Source of the DNA: Candidatus Latescibacterota bacterium
GTDB lineage: Bacteria; Latescibacterota; UBA2968; GCA-2709665
Direction of reading: 5' to 3'
Length of the DNA: 64,000 nt
Assembly: GCA_965219455.1 (NCBI GenBank)
Contig: OZ244744.1
Location: 4,384,001-4,448,000 of the forward strand
The notes below the pieces were generated by a model. The model ran no database searches, was not told the origin of the DNA, and worked only from the letters and a program-made list of their open reading frames with translations. Both the position numbers and the translations under genes were made by a program. Within the stretch, counting starts at the first letter, position 1. The number at the start of each line of letters is the position of its first letter. Shown here piece after piece: positions 39,502 to 50,250 of this stretch.

Positions 39502-41259
39502 TCATTGAATCCGAAAACTGCGGCCGTCCACGCGTATCTCATACCCCCGTTCGTGTACAGTCACGGCGGGCCGCGTATCGCCTTTTGCGAATATCCACCA
39601 GACGAACGGCGCTGAGGAATCTGCGCTCGCGCTAAGCGTGAGATGGCCTCTGGATCCGGGGAGCCGGTCTACGTTTCGGTCTGTGATCTGGGCCTGAGGC
39701 GAGCCGATCCAGAGCATCAGGTCGGGCGCGTAGATCCGGGCCATGTCGTCTTGCACCCACCAGGCGGCATCGGGGTGCCCGTGCCAGTGATAGGTGATGG
39801 TCTGGACGGAGGCGCCTCGCACGCGGTCGGCGAGGACGACCAGGTCCTTTTGCGAAAGCCAGAGCGTTCGAACGACCCGTTTCAATGCCAGCCCGGCCGG
39901 ATAACAAGCGGTCAGGTCCAGTTCGGCCATATGCGTCGTTTCATCGCACTGCCGCAGGGCGACCTGGCGATCCGCCGGCTTCCCCGTCTGCGCCATACCG
40001 TTGATAACAGGCGCATTGTGCGCCGTAAGTCCGAGAGTGAATTCACGTTCTCGTTTCTTCATATACTGTTGATAGCCGGGGTCCGATATCGGCCAGCTGC
40101 CGCCGGCGCCGACGACGATGGAGCCGTTGTCGTTGTGGACGTGGCTCATCTTCGAGTTGCTCGCCGCCATGGCCGCCGCCAGGTCGTCCGGCTCCCATCC
40201 GCTCCTGAGCACGACCGCGTAGTGCGCGTCGATAGCCCCGGCTTCGGGCGGCTCACATTGAAGATCCTCGGCTACCTCGTGGAGCACACCCAGGGCGTCG
40301 GCGCGCAACCAGCGCAGGCGGCAGCGTTTCAGGTACCAGCCCGTGCGCGGCGAGGGCCGGTAACCGTAGAGTTTGGCATGGCATGATACGTGGAACGGCA
40401 TCTCCCGGGGCTCCGCGTCGCTCAACTGGGAAATATTCACGATATTTCCCGGCGCCCCGAGCGCGATGGACTCATCCAGGACGTCGCCGAAGCGCGGATG
40501 GTCCATCAGGGCCGTCCGTCTGGTCCCGGAGAGTGTCCCCAGCCAATCGGCGGCGAAGTCCAGGGTGTACCCGTCGTAACCGATCCCCTCCGAATGACCG
40601 GTTTCGCGCAGGTCCAGGATCGCCCCAAGGAGCGCCTCCAGCCTGCGGTTCAACGATTCAGCGGCGGGATGCGCAATGCAGTTGGCGGCCAGGGCGAGAC
40701 CGACCGTGCCGATGAACGGGATGTTGTGCAGCACGGTGTGGGGTTCGTCCAGGGCGAGGATATCGTCCTTGCTCTCAAACGCACCGTGCCTGGCGTCGGA
40801 CAGCGGGAGCGTGTCTTCAATGTGGCGGTGAAACGCCCGTTCGATCTTCCCCGGCAGGCTCCCGGGCAGCCAGTCCCACCGGGTGTAGGCCAGCCAGAGG
40901 ATGCGCAGCGCGTGACCCGAACTCAGGTCGGGCATCGGAAACTGGCGGTAGCACGGCCATTCGGCAAGGGCGTCCAGGTCGGTAACGGCCAACCGGCGCG
41001 CGTGTTCGTCGCGGAACCAGGACCCCGCCCACCCGAGGCTGAGGATTCGCTCTTCCAGGCTCCAGGTCATCCAAATGGACCATGGATAGGCAGCGATGCC
41101 GGGGATCGGCAGTCCGGGCAGATAAATCTCGCGGATCGGAAGGGGGTAGGCGATTTTCCGCCGAATTCTGTAATAGTCGGCAATCAGATGGGTCTGGGGC
41201 TTGTAACCATCGGCGCGCCGACGAATCTCGGTTTCGATAGGGTCCCGTTGCATCGACAC
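39502..41259 (-). CDS. Heparinase II/III-like protein
   Basis: EGIGYDGY, VVLRSGW, HVHNDNGS, ISDPGY and AHNAPVING motifs. Confidence 0.8.
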   Translation of the reverse strand: MSMQRDPIETEIRRRADGYKPQTHLIADYYRIRRKIAYPLPIREIYLPGLPIPGIAAYPWSIWMTWSLEERILSLGWAGSWFRDEHARRLAVTDLDALAEWPCYRQFPMPDLSSGHALRILWLAYTRWDWLPGSLPGKIERAFHRHIEDTLPLSDARHGAFESKDDILALDEPHTVLHNIPFIGTVGLALAANCIAHPAAESLNRRLEALLGAILDLRETGHSEGIGYDGYTLDFAADWLGTLSGTRRTALMDHPRFGDVLDESIALGAPGNIVNISQLSDAEPREMPFHVSCHAKLYGYRPSPRTGWYLKRCRLRWLRADALGVLHEVAEDLQCEPPEAGAIDAHYAVVLRSGWEPDDLAAAMAASNSKMSHVHNDNGSIVVGAGGSWPISDPGYQQYMKKREREFTLGLTAHNAPVINGMAQTGKPADRQVALRQCDETTHMAELDLTACYPAGLALKRVVRTLWLSQKDLVVLADRVRGASVQTITYHWHGHPDAAWWVQDDMARIYAPDLMLWIGSPQAQITDRNVDRLPGSRGHLTLSASADSSAPFVWWIFAKGDTRPAVTVHERGYEIRVDGRSFRIQ

Positions 41260-41265
41260 TCCAAC

Positions 41266-42630
41266 TTAACGATCGTAGATGTCCGGCCCCCAGTCGATTT
41301 CCTGATGCTCCTGCTTCAGGATCACGGCTCTGTGAGCTGGCGCGTTTTTCATCAGAACGACGCCGGGACCGACCATGGCGCCGGGGCCGACAATGCGGCC
41401 GGGCATGAGGATGGTTCCAACGCCGGTGCGCGCGTAGTCGCCGAAGAGGGCGCCGGAGAATCCGGGCGCCGGATGGCGAATTCCTTTCACTTCTACCTGC
41501 GTGGGCCCATCGTCGAATCGGAGCGTGCCCACCTGGGTGCCGGCGCCGAATTCCGCGCCTTCGCCATAGATACCGGCAATTTGCATCTGGTGGGTGATTC
41601 GACCGCCAGCCAGAATGACGCCACTGAACTCTCCGAGAAAGGTGATATGGTTGTTGCGGTCCACCACGCCGGAGACCTTCGCGAAAGGCCCGATCCGGCA
41701 GTCGTCTCCGATAACGGTGCCCGACGCAATCTGGGAACCGTCGAAGACATGCGTGTTTCTGCCAATCCAAACCGGCCCGCTGATACGGGCGCCGGCTGAG
41801 ATTGTCGCGCCATCGTCGACAAACACGGGGCCGTCGATGTGCGCGCCGGGATCGATCCGCGCCGTGGCCGCAATATTAGAGTCCTGCATGTCCCTGGCCA
41901 TTTCCCGCAAGGCCAGACGACAGACGGCCAGGGGTTCCCAGGGCATGTCCATGTCGAAGCACGCACCGTCCGTTCGCACGGCGGCGGCGGGCCGGCCTTC
42001 CCGGTACATGAGCGGCAGGGCATCGGCGATTTCGTGGCCCTCGGGCGGCGTAACGCCGTTTTGCACGCTGGTTATAAAGTCAGACGTACCGGCAAGGTCC
42101 TGAAGCGCGTCGTTCCTGAATACGAAAAGGCCTGATAGCGCCGTGCCGGTGGATGCACGGGGCTTCCAGGTGTAGTTGACGATGTTTTTCCGGCCATCGG
42201 TTTCCACGCGAATGCGCCGGTTGAGTTGCCCGCTGTGGTGTACGGCGGCAACGGAGCAGTCGGAGAACGCGTCCAGGAGTTGCGAAAGGACGCTCGGTTC
42301 GAAGTAGACGTCTCCGTACACGACCACAAAGTCGTTGTTGCCGATAAAGTCCGCCGCGGCGCAGACGGCGTGGGCCGTACCAAGTTGCTCCGACTGTTCA
42401 ACATATGTAATTTTGCATCCAAACCGGCGGCCGTCGGAAAAATGATTGCGTATCCGACCCTGTCGATGGCCGACGACGATGCCGACGTCGGTGATGCCCG
42501 CGCCAACGATGCGATCCACGATCCACTCCAGCAGGGGCCGGTTGCATACGGGAAACATGGGTTTGGGCCGGTAGTGGTTGAAGGGATAGAATCGGTCGCC
42601 TTTCCCGGCGGCCAGAATGACGGCTTTCAC
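41266..42630 (-). CDS. Bifunctional sugar-1-phosphate nucleotidyltransferase/acetyltransferase (GlmU-like, archaeal-type architecture)
   Basis: KAVILAAGKGDRF.P....PKPM, EQLGTAHAV, YGD; C-terminal hexapeptide repeats. Confidence 0.85.
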   Translation of the reverse strand: MKAVILAAGKGDRFYPFNHYRPKPMFPVCNRPLLEWIVDRIVGAGITDVGIVVGHRQGRIRNHFSDGRRFGCKITYVEQSEQLGTAHAVCAAADFIGNNDFVVVYGDVYFEPSVLSQLLDAFSDCSVAAVHHSGQLNRRIRVETDGRKNIVNYTWKPRASTGTALSGLFVFRNDALQDLAGTSDFITSVQNGVTPPEGHEIADALPLMYREGRPAAAVRTDGACFDMDMPWEPLAVCRLALREMARDMQDSNIAATARIDPGAHIDGPVFVDDGATISAGARISGPVWIGRNTHVFDGSQIASGTVIGDDCRIGPFAKVSGVVDRNNHITFLGEFSGVILAGGRITHQMQIAGIYGEGAEFGAGTQVGTLRFDDGPTQVEVKGIRHPAPGFSGALFGDYARTGVGTILMPGRIVGPGAMVGPGVVLMKNAPAHRAVILKQEHQEIDWGPDIYDR

Positions 42631-42703
42631 CTGGAACTCCTGGAGTTATGAGTCTGAAGAAAGGAAATCTCGAACGGGGCGGATGCGGCGCGCCCGACAC
42701 CGG

Positions 42704-43594
42704 CTACTGAATGGGCTCCGGATCGATGGGACCCACGGGCACGTCCGTGAGGTCCTCCGCGAAGACGATGTTGCCGCCGAAAATGCGCGCGGCTTCGGCC
42801 ACGAGGCGCTCCCGGACGCCGGGTGGTTCCAGTTGTTCGGTAACGTGGGTCAGGATCAGGGTACCGACGTCAGCTTCCGAGGCCGTCCGGGCGGCGTCCA
42901 GGTGTCCGGAACAGCAACCTGTGATTCGCGGGTCGAGTTCAACGTCGTTGATTAAGTGGCACATGTGGATGAGCACGTCCGCATCCCGCGCCAGGTCCGT
43001 CAGGCGGCGGGTCGGCGCCGTGTCTCCTCCGAAGACGATGGTCCCGTAGGGTGTGTCCAGCCGGTAGGCCAGGCAAGTGAGCTGCGGTTGAACATGGATG
43101 ACTTCGGCGGTTTCGACCCGCCAGTTTCCACCCGGAATGCATGAGCCGTCTGCAACTTCGGTGACGAGGGGGTCGGGGCGTTGCCGGGGCAGAATTCCGC
43201 CCCGCCGTTCGTAAACGAACTCGCTTCCGGGGTGCCTTGTCCGGGCGTCGAGGTCGGGACCGAAGGCGCCGTCGGATCCGAGGAGCCGTTCGGTCATCCG
43301 TTTCAACGGAGCCGGACCGTATACCTCAAGCTCCGGGATCTTTCCCGCACCCTGGTCCCAGCGGGTGAGTACGATACATGCGTAGTCCACGCAGTGGTCG
43401 TAGTGGAGGTGCGTAAGGAAGAGGCGCGTCAACGCCTGGGGGGGGACCGCCTCTTCGAGGAGGCGTCGTGCGACACCCGGGCCGCAGTCGAACAGCAGGA
43501 CTTCCTCGTCGAAGGTGACGAGGTAGCCGGAACCTGCGCGGTGGAAAAGAGGGGTGGGAGTTCCGGTGCCCAGGAGGGTCAGTTTCAAAGACAT
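42704..43594 (-). CDS. MBL-fold metallohydrolase (RNase Z/AtsA arylsulfatase-like)
   Basis: LLGTGTP, FDCGPG, THLHYDH, FGGDTAP, LILTH. Confidence 0.85.
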   Translation of the reverse strand: MSLKLTLLGTGTPTPLFHRAGSGYLVTFDEEVLLFDCGPGVARRLLEEAVPPQALTRLFLTHLHYDHCVDYACIVLTRWDQGAGKIPELEVYGPAPLKRMTERLLGSDGAFGPDLDARTRHPGSEFVYERRGGILPRQRPDPLVTEVADGSCIPGGNWRVETAEVIHVQPQLTCLAYRLDTPYGTIVFGGDTAPTRRLTDLARDADVLIHMCHLINDVELDPRITGCCSGHLDAARTASEADVGTLILTHVTEQLEPPGVRERLVAEAARIFGGNIVFAEDLTDVPVGPIDPEPIQ

Positions 43595-43648
43595 AAGATG
43601 GAAAGTCCCGATACTTCAATTGCGTGCGGCGCCCGGCGCGATTCGGGC

Positions 43649-44668
43649 CTACCGGTCCACGTCGACTTCAAAGTGGCGGATGAGGGGGCCGAGATCTATC
43701 CAGAATGCTTCAGGTATATCACTGGCTCCGGCGTCGGCATTGGCACGGGCCTCGGCCGGAACACGTGCGCCGGGGATGGTGGCGGCAACCTGAGGATGTC
43801 GTGTGCACCATTGAAGGGCCGCCGCAACCATGGGGACGCCGTGGCTCGTACAAAGGTCCTGGATTCTCGCCACGTGGTCCACGCAGGTCTGGCTGAAGTT
43901 TCGAGCCAGGTAGTCGATGCCGTCTACGGGACCGGTGGCAAGCAGCCCCCGTTCTACGGGTGTGGCGATCACGAGGCCCACGTCGTGTCTGACCGCCGCC
44001 GGCAGGATGCGGTCGGCGGCAAGCTGATTGATCAGGCTGAGCGCTTCCGGAACGACGGCGGCATCGAATTCCCCCGTTTCTATGTACCAGGCGTTGGTGT
44101 GGGGGTCGTTGGCGGCGGAGCCGACACAACGTGTGACGCCCGTATCCTGAAGTTTTCGAAGGGCGCCGAGGGCGCGATTCTTTCCCATTACGTCTTCGAC
44201 GGGTATGTCCATGGCGTCGTGGATGTAGAGAACTTCGAAGGCGTCGATGCCCAGCCGGTCCCGGCTCTCCTCGACCTGCCGCATAACGGCGTCGTAGGAA
44301 TAGTCCCGTCCGTCGGCAGTCTGCCCGACTTTTGTGGTAACCGCGCACCGTTTCGCAAGGTCGGGACGTTGCCTGAGGGCCAGGCCAATAATGGATTCGC
44401 TGTTGCCCGAACCGTACAGCGGCGCGGTGTCGATCAGCGTAGAGCCCGCTTCGATGGCCGCGTGTACCGTTGCAATTCCCAGTTCGATATCCATATGGCT
44501 GGTCCGCCCGGCGCCTTTGGCGGAAGGTCCCGGCCGACCCCAGGTCGACGCATCCATGAAGTCGTATTCCGCTGCCGCACGGTTGGGATCCGCGATGCCG
44601 ATAAAGCCGGTACCCAGACCCACAATGGGGATCTTCAGGCCGGTCCTGCCTAGCGTTTTTGTCTTCAA
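43649..44668 (-). CDS. Aldo/keto reductase
   Basis: LGRTGLKIPIVGLGT, IDTAPLYG.GNSE, VTTKVG, LYIHD, IPGA; probable TTG start. Confidence 0.88.
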   Translation of the reverse strand: MKTKTLGRTGLKIPIVGLGTGFIGIADPNRAAAEYDFMDASTWGRPGPSAKGAGRTSHMDIELGIATVHAAIEAGSTLIDTAPLYGSGNSESIIGLALRQRPDLAKRCAVTTKVGQTADGRDYSYDAVMRQVEESRDRLGIDAFEVLYIHDAMDIPVEDVMGKNRALGALRKLQDTGVTRCVGSAANDPHTNAWYIETGEFDAAVVPEALSLINQLAADRILPAAVRHDVGLVIATPVERGLLATGPVDGIDYLARNFSQTCVDHVARIQDLCTSHGVPMVAAALQWCTRHPQVAATIPGARVPAEARANADAGASDIPEAFWIDLGPLIRHFEVDVDR

Positions 44669-44891
44669 TGGCGGGCCTCGAAAAAGACGCAGAGTGCGGA
44701 AGCGGCGCCCTGCTTCCCGGGTGGCGTTTAAGACAGTTTCTAAAATAGCATGCGCGTGGTCCTGGCGCAATACCCTTCTGTTCGTTGGGCATATACAGGC
44801 AATCCGCGCTTGCCTTTGATCACTGGGGGCATTATCATAATCTCGGTTCATGCCGATGCCGTGTCAACCCAACGTCGGAGAGGAGGCGGTA

Positions 44892-45857
44892 ATGCGAAAT
44901 CGATATCCATGTGCGCTGTTTGCCGGATGCCTGATCTTGATGACTCCGGCCCTCGCGCAGAAAGGGACCGTGGGAGACAAATGGTGGCCATCCGAGTGGG
45001 GGGCGGGAGATCAGAAAGGGGCAATGAACCGGCTGACCCCGCAGAAGGTATTGGGGGCCGCGAGATTGATCCAGGCGGGCAAGACCTACCAGCTTGGAAG
45101 GGTTTACGAGCCGGGAATCCCGCTGTTCGGCAACCGGCATTACAGTCTGACCATTCCCGGTTCGCCAACCGGAGGGCCCGTCGGAGAGAACCAGTTGATC
45201 TGGTTCGACGAAATGTTCAGCGGCGAGATCGGACAGGTGGGAACCCAATTCGATGGATTGGGGCACATCGGTACGCGCAAAGGCAATGAGGACGTCTTTT
45301 ACAATGGATTCAGGCGTTCGGAGGTTGGCACCGCCTACGGACTGGAGAAACTGGGCGTTGAAAACGTGGGGGTGTTTTTCACAAGAGGCGTTCTGGTCGA
45401 CGTAGCGGGCCACAAGGGGCTGGCTCGGTTGGACGTGGGTTATGTGATTACCGCGGCCGACATCGAGGGGGCCTTGAAAAAACCGGGTGTCGAGGTCACG
45501 GAAGGGGATGTCGTACTGTTTCGTACCGGCCATGGAAGTTTATGGAAAGTGGACAACGAGACCTACAACTCGGGTCAGCCGGGCATCGGGCTGGAAGCCG
45601 CGCGGTGGCTGCTGGAAAAGAAAATCGTTATGGTCGGCGCCGATACGTGGGCGGTCGAGGCCGTGCCGGGAGAAGATCCGGACGGTGCGTTCCGGGTCCA
45701 CGAGTTGCTGATCCAGCGTAACGGCGTATATATTCTGGAGAATCTGGACCTGGACGGACTGGCGGCAGACGGCGTGTTTGAGTTCGCGTTCGTTTTTGCG
45801 CCTCTCAGGCTTAAGGGCGCCACCGGATCGCCGGGAAATCCATTCGCAATCAGGTGA
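44892..45857 (+). CDS. Secreted cyclase (kynurenine formamidase-like) family protein
   Basis: Signal peptide; WGAGDQKGAMN, GTQFDGLGH, TRGVLVDV, ILENLDL, GATGSPGNP. Confidence 0.88.
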   Translation: MRNRYPCALFAGCLILMTPALAQKGTVGDKWWPSEWGAGDQKGAMNRLTPQKVLGAARLIQAGKTYQLGRVYEPGIPLFGNRHYSLTIPGSPTGGPVGENQLIWFDEMFSGEIGQVGTQFDGLGHIGTRKGNEDVFYNGFRRSEVGTAYGLEKLGVENVGVFFTRGVLVDVAGHKGLARLDVGYVITAADIEGALKKPGVEVTEGDVVLFRTGHGSLWKVDNETYNSGQPGIGLEAARWLLEKKIVMVGADTWAVEAVPGEDPDGAFRVHELLIQRNGVYILENLDLDGLAADGVFEFAFVFAPLRLKGATGSPGNPFAIR

Positions 45858-45953
45858 TCCACTCCCGAATCGACGACGGACTCCGGCGTTCGCGCCGGGA
45901 ATAGATGCCGTGTCTTTCTTACGCACGAAAGCGCAGGCCTGCAGGGGGCAATC

Positions 45954-47426
45954 GTGAATCCTGAGGAACAGCAGCAGCGGTTTCCGGAATTGGCGCCGGA
46001 GTTACGCTCCCGGCGGGTCCTGGACTTCCTGAAGTTCTTCGGACCCGGCGCCGTCATCGCGTCGGTGACCATTGGAAGCGGGGAAACGGTGTGGGCGTCG
46101 CGCAGCGGAGCGATCTTCGGCTATACGATGTTCTGGGCGTTCAGTCTGTTCTGTCTCACGAAGGGAGTGCAGGTCTATACCGCAGCGCGGTACATGACGC
46201 TGACGGGCGAACATCCGATGGAACGGTGGGCGACTCTACCTGGTCCGCGCGGGCTGTTTCCGGGCGTCATCGGGGTAGTGGTTATCGTGGCATTTCCGTT
46301 CTATCTTTCGAGTCTGCCAATCATGCTCGGCACGATCACGTCCTGGGTGGTGTTCGGAAATCCCGGGTTGTACCCGCATGCGATAGCGATTGTGTTCATT
46401 GTGCTGCTCGCCGCGCTGACCCTGATGCAGAGTTACGGTTTTCTGGAACGGATGCAGTTGACGCTGGTCGGGTCGATGCTGGTGGTGATGCTTGTCGCCA
46501 CGTTTGCGGTGAATCCGGACTGGCTTGCTGTACTCGCCGGCGCGGTAACGCCCGCTTTGCCGGATTACCCGCAATGGGTCAAGGCGAACCCGGCATTTGC
46601 CGATCGTACGCTGATCGTGGAGATGGTCGCGTATATGGGCGTCATGGGTGGTGGTGTTCAGGACTACGTGGGTTACGTGGGCATGATGAGAGAGAAGGCC
46701 TGGGGGCTGATCGGAAGGGTGACGGGCGGAAGGCGGAGGCCGCCGCTGGCCGTGGATGAGCGAAATGTCCAAGTGGGGCTGAGATGGCTGAAGGCGCCCC
46801 TTATCGACTGTACGGTGTCTTTCGGCTGTGTGCTCGTGTTCACCGCGACGTTTCTCATCCTGGGCGCAACACTCTTGCATACCAATCGGATTGTCCCTTC
46901 CGGAATGGATCTCTACAACAATCAGGTGGTCTTTCTCACGCAACTGCATCCCGGAAGGACCGCGCAAATACTGCTGTCGGCGCTTTACAAGGCCGGTGTA
47001 TTCTTCGCAATATTCGGCACCGTCTACGGCGCATTTGAACTCTACGTGCGAACGGCGCACGAATGCGTTCGGTCCGTGTCGGCGAAATGGCGGAATCTGA
47101 GCCTGGACAAAATGCGCCTGTGGACGCTTCTCTATTCCGGCGTTGCAGCGATCGGACTCGTAATCTACGCCTGGTGGACGGCAACCCAGGATCCGCGGGG
47201 CGTGGGTTGGAACCCGATTTCGATGATGACGATTCCGCTCCACGTTACAGGGGTGTTGTTGGCCGGACCATGGTGCTTTGCCATGGTATGGATCGATCGC
47301 AAATACCTGCCTGAACCGTTCAGGATGGGTTCTTTCCTCGTCACGCTCAATATTCTTTGCGGGCTCGTGTTCACCTGCTTCGGCGTCCTGGCCGTCATTG
47401 AGGATTTAAGGGCGTTATTCCAATAG
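45954..47426 (+). CDS. Nramp/MntH-related multi-pass membrane transporter
   Basis: GPGAVIASVTIGSGE...GAIFGY N-terminal motif; many hydrophobic segments. Confidence 0.75.
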   Translation: MNPEEQQQRFPELAPELRSRRVLDFLKFFGPGAVIASVTIGSGETVWASRSGAIFGYTMFWAFSLFCLTKGVQVYTAARYMTLTGEHPMERWATLPGPRGLFPGVIGVVVIVAFPFYLSSLPIMLGTITSWVVFGNPGLYPHAIAIVFIVLLAALTLMQSYGFLERMQLTLVGSMLVVMLVATFAVNPDWLAVLAGAVTPALPDYPQWVKANPAFADRTLIVEMVAYMGVMGGGVQDYVGYVGMMREKAWGLIGRVTGGRRRPPLAVDERNVQVGLRWLKAPLIDCTVSFGCVLVFTATFLILGATLLHTNRIVPSGMDLYNNQVVFLTQLHPGRTAQILLSALYKAGVFFAIFGTVYGAFELYVRTAHECVRSVSAKWRNLSLDKMRLWTLLYSGVAAIGLVIYAWWTATQDPRGVGWNPISMMTIPLHVTGVLLAGPWCFAMVWIDRKYLPEPFRMGSFLVTLNILCGLVFTCFGVLAVIEDLRALFQ

Positions 47427-47604
47427 CGACCGAACAGCGGGCACAAGCGCTTCCGCTGGCGATGGATAAGCCTGGTTCGCCGAGCACGGAACCTGGCCGG
47501 ACGTGTCGTATCGCATCCCGGTCGCCTTCCTGGTTCCTTACACCTGTACCCGACACAACGACAACTGCGCCCGCACTTCAGATGTCATCGGATCTCCACC
47601 AACC

Positions 47605-49785
47605 ATGAAGTCCAATTCCGAGAATATCCCGGCGGGGGTCAGGTTGAGGGAGGTCTGGCTTGCCGGAATCACCCTGGCGCTTGTAATGGCGGCTGTTCTG
47701 GCGGTCCCGGGGCGGCTGGCGAGGGGCGAGCGCCTGGAGCGGCTGGCGAAGGCCGAGGCCCTGATTGCCCGGAACGCGTACCGGAACGCGTTGCGCCTGC
47801 TGTCCGGTATGGATGTCACCGGGATGGACGAGTGGGCGATTCGAAGGGCGCGGCTTCAGCGGGCCTTGTGTTTGAAGGCGCTCGGGCGCTATGAAGATGC
47901 ATTGATCGGGTTCCGCGATGTAGAGAAGGCATCTGCGGGAATTCGTGACTATATGGATTTCTGGCAAGCGGAATGTCACCAGGGGCTTGGACGGGCGGAC
48001 ATCGCATTGGTGCATTTTGCACGGGTGGTGGACACGCGGCCGTCGGGCAGGCTGTTGGAAGACGCGGCGCTCCAGGCGGCCGAACTCCATATGCGGGCGG
48101 GACAGGCACATGAGGCGGCCCGGTTGTACCGGCGCCTGGCGGATGGGAGCCAACGGGAGGTCACGGCGCTGGCGGGCCTTGCAGGTGCGTTGGAGGTCGC
48201 AGGAGATTCCACGGACGCGCGGCGAATTCAACGACGCCTCGTGCGGGATCACCCGGGGTCGCCGGAGGCGGTAGACGCGTTGGCTTCAATGGGGCAATTG
48301 CGAACGGTACAGGAACGGTTTTATGGTGCGATCGCTTATTCAAGGCATGGGCGGTTTCGAAAAGCGGTTCGGATGTTTCGGCAAATCGTCAGGGAGACCC
48401 CTGATAGCGCCTGGCGTGGTCGGGCGCAACAGGAACTGGGGCTTGCCCATTACAAACGAAAGGACTACCGAGCTGCCGAGCGGGCGTTGCAGGAGGCCCA
48501 TCGCCGGTACCGGGTGCCGAAGGCGTTATTTCATCTGGGGCGCTGTTCTGTGCAATTGGGACTTGACTTAAAGGCGGCCGGGCGGTTTCAATCGTTCGCG
48601 CGCCAGTATCCTGCAACTCCGGGGGCTGCTGAGGCGCTCTGGCAGGCCGCAATGGCGTATGAGCGACGGGGAAGGCGCAAAAAGGCGCGCAAAGTGTTTC
48701 TGAATCTGGCTGCCCGGTATCCCGGGAGCAATCTGGCCGGCCGCGCCAGGTGGCGGGCGGGTTACGCGCTTTACGGCCTGGGCCGATTCGAAGAGGCTGC
48801 CCGGGTCTTTCTGAAACTGGCGGACCGGACGTCCGAAAACTACATGCGGGACCAGGGCTACTACTGGGCTGGCAAGTCCTATCAACGGGCAGGCGGGAGG
48901 GAGCAGGGCGCGAATTGGATTCGGCGGGCCGCAGCCGGTTTTCCAACCTCGTACTACGCTTCCCGGGCGCGGGCGGTTCTGGCGCTGAAGGACAGGTCCT
49001 ATCCTCCGGCACCGGCATCGTCGTGGGCCGACGAGAGACAACCGGCATATGAACCGTCGCCCTACCTGTTGAAAGGAGACAGGTTGGCGGACCTGGGGCT
49101 ATACGATGAAGCGGAACAGGAATACGGACACGCGGGATGGGCGCATAGAAAGGAGATTTACGCCCTCAGTGAATTGCAGCGGCGATTCGAACGCATAGGA
49201 GCGATGAACCAGGCGCTCCGAATAGCCGGCCTGATCGTCAATCTGGAACGCGAACGGGGGATGCCGATTACACTCACTTCATTTCGCAGACTGTACCCTA
49301 CCTATTACTGGGGCGAGATCAGCCGGGCGGCTCAGGATTTCGGGCTCGACCCCAATCTGGTACTCGCGATTATCCGCCAGGAGAGTGCATTTGACGAAAC
49401 AGCATTGTCCCGGGCGGGTGCCCGCGGGTTGATGCAGGTGATGCCGGCGACGGGTCGTCAGATGGCGCGCAAGCTGCGTCTCAGGCGTTTCTCTAAGGAA
49501 GACCTCTGGGATCCAACAACGTCCATTCGGCTGGGCGCCAGGCACCTGGCCGATCATTTCCGGTATTTCAGGAGCAGCCGGAACAGACAGTTTGGCCTGG
49601 CTTTATCGGCTTACAACGCCGGGTTGGATGTGGCGCGGAAATGGTCCGGTCGGCTCCCTGTGCACGATATGGATGAATTTGTAGAGAGCATACCGTACCG
49701 GGAGACACGCAATTACTTGAAGCTGGTGTATCGGAATTATCAGGTATATTCGTATCTGCAACAGGAAACGGACGCGGGGGGATAA
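47605..49785 (+). CDS. slt: Soluble lytic murein transglycosylase with TPR repeats (Slt-like)
   Basis: IIRQESAF, SRAGARGLMQVMP, AYNAG, FVESIPYRETRNY; N-terminal TM and TPR helices. Confidence 0.9.
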   Translation: MKSNSENIPAGVRLREVWLAGITLALVMAAVLAVPGRLARGERLERLAKAEALIARNAYRNALRLLSGMDVTGMDEWAIRRARLQRALCLKALGRYEDALIGFRDVEKASAGIRDYMDFWQAECHQGLGRADIALVHFARVVDTRPSGRLLEDAALQAAELHMRAGQAHEAARLYRRLADGSQREVTALAGLAGALEVAGDSTDARRIQRRLVRDHPGSPEAVDALASMGQLRTVQERFYGAIAYSRHGRFRKAVRMFRQIVRETPDSAWRGRAQQELGLAHYKRKDYRAAERALQEAHRRYRVPKALFHLGRCSVQLGLDLKAAGRFQSFARQYPATPGAAEALWQAAMAYERRGRRKKARKVFLNLAARYPGSNLAGRARWRAGYALYGLGRFEEAARVFLKLADRTSENYMRDQGYYWAGKSYQRAGGREQGANWIRRAAAGFPTSYYASRARAVLALKDRSYPPAPASSWADERQPAYEPSPYLLKGDRLADLGLYDEAEQEYGHAGWAHRKEIYALSELQRRFERIGAMNQALRIAGLIVNLERERGMPITLTSFRRLYPTYYWGEISRAAQDFGLDPNLVLAIIRQESAFDETALSRAGARGLMQVMPATGRQMARKLRLRRFSKEDLWDPTTSIRLGARHLADHFRYFRSSRNRQFGLALSAYNAGLDVARKWSGRLPVHDMDEFVESIPYRETRNYLKLVYRNYQVYSYLQQETDAGG

Positions 49786-49999
49786 GCCACCGGCGGCGTT
49801 GCCAAACGTGACGCCGTGTGCCTATATATAAACGATCAGAGGTCAGGTGCTTCTGCGGCGGGCGGTCACGAACTGCATTCGGGCGTTCTGCCGTCGCTTC
49901 CCGGGCGAGGATTTCCGGTCCGTCCATCCGAAGATCGGAATCCGCGAGAAGTTACGGAACGGTCGTAAAACCGGGCAGGTCCGAGCGGAGGATAGATCC

Positions 50000-50215
50000 A
50001 TGTCAAAAGGCAATGAACGCCGCATCTGGGTTGCGTTGGAGGATTTGTTCATCGTGCTGTCGATATTTGCGCTTTGGCCAGTGATTCTGGGATGGGAGGG
50101 CTGGGTGTGGGAGGTGTTGAAATATCTGGCGGTGGTGGGACTGGTCTGGATCTTTGCGCGGCGGGCGAGGCGGTATAAACGCCGAAAGAACGCGGACGAT
50201 TCCGCAACGGATTGA
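50000..50215 (+). CDS. Small two-helix membrane protein
   Basis: GGAGG RBS, ATG; two hydrophobic segments followed by a basic tail. Confidence 0.6.
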   Translation: MSKGNERRIWVALEDLFIVLSIFALWPVILGWEGWVWEVLKYLAVVGLVWIFARRARRYKRRKNADDSATD

Positions 50216-50250
50216 GCAGCGGGAAATGCCTGGGCGCCGCAACACCCGGT

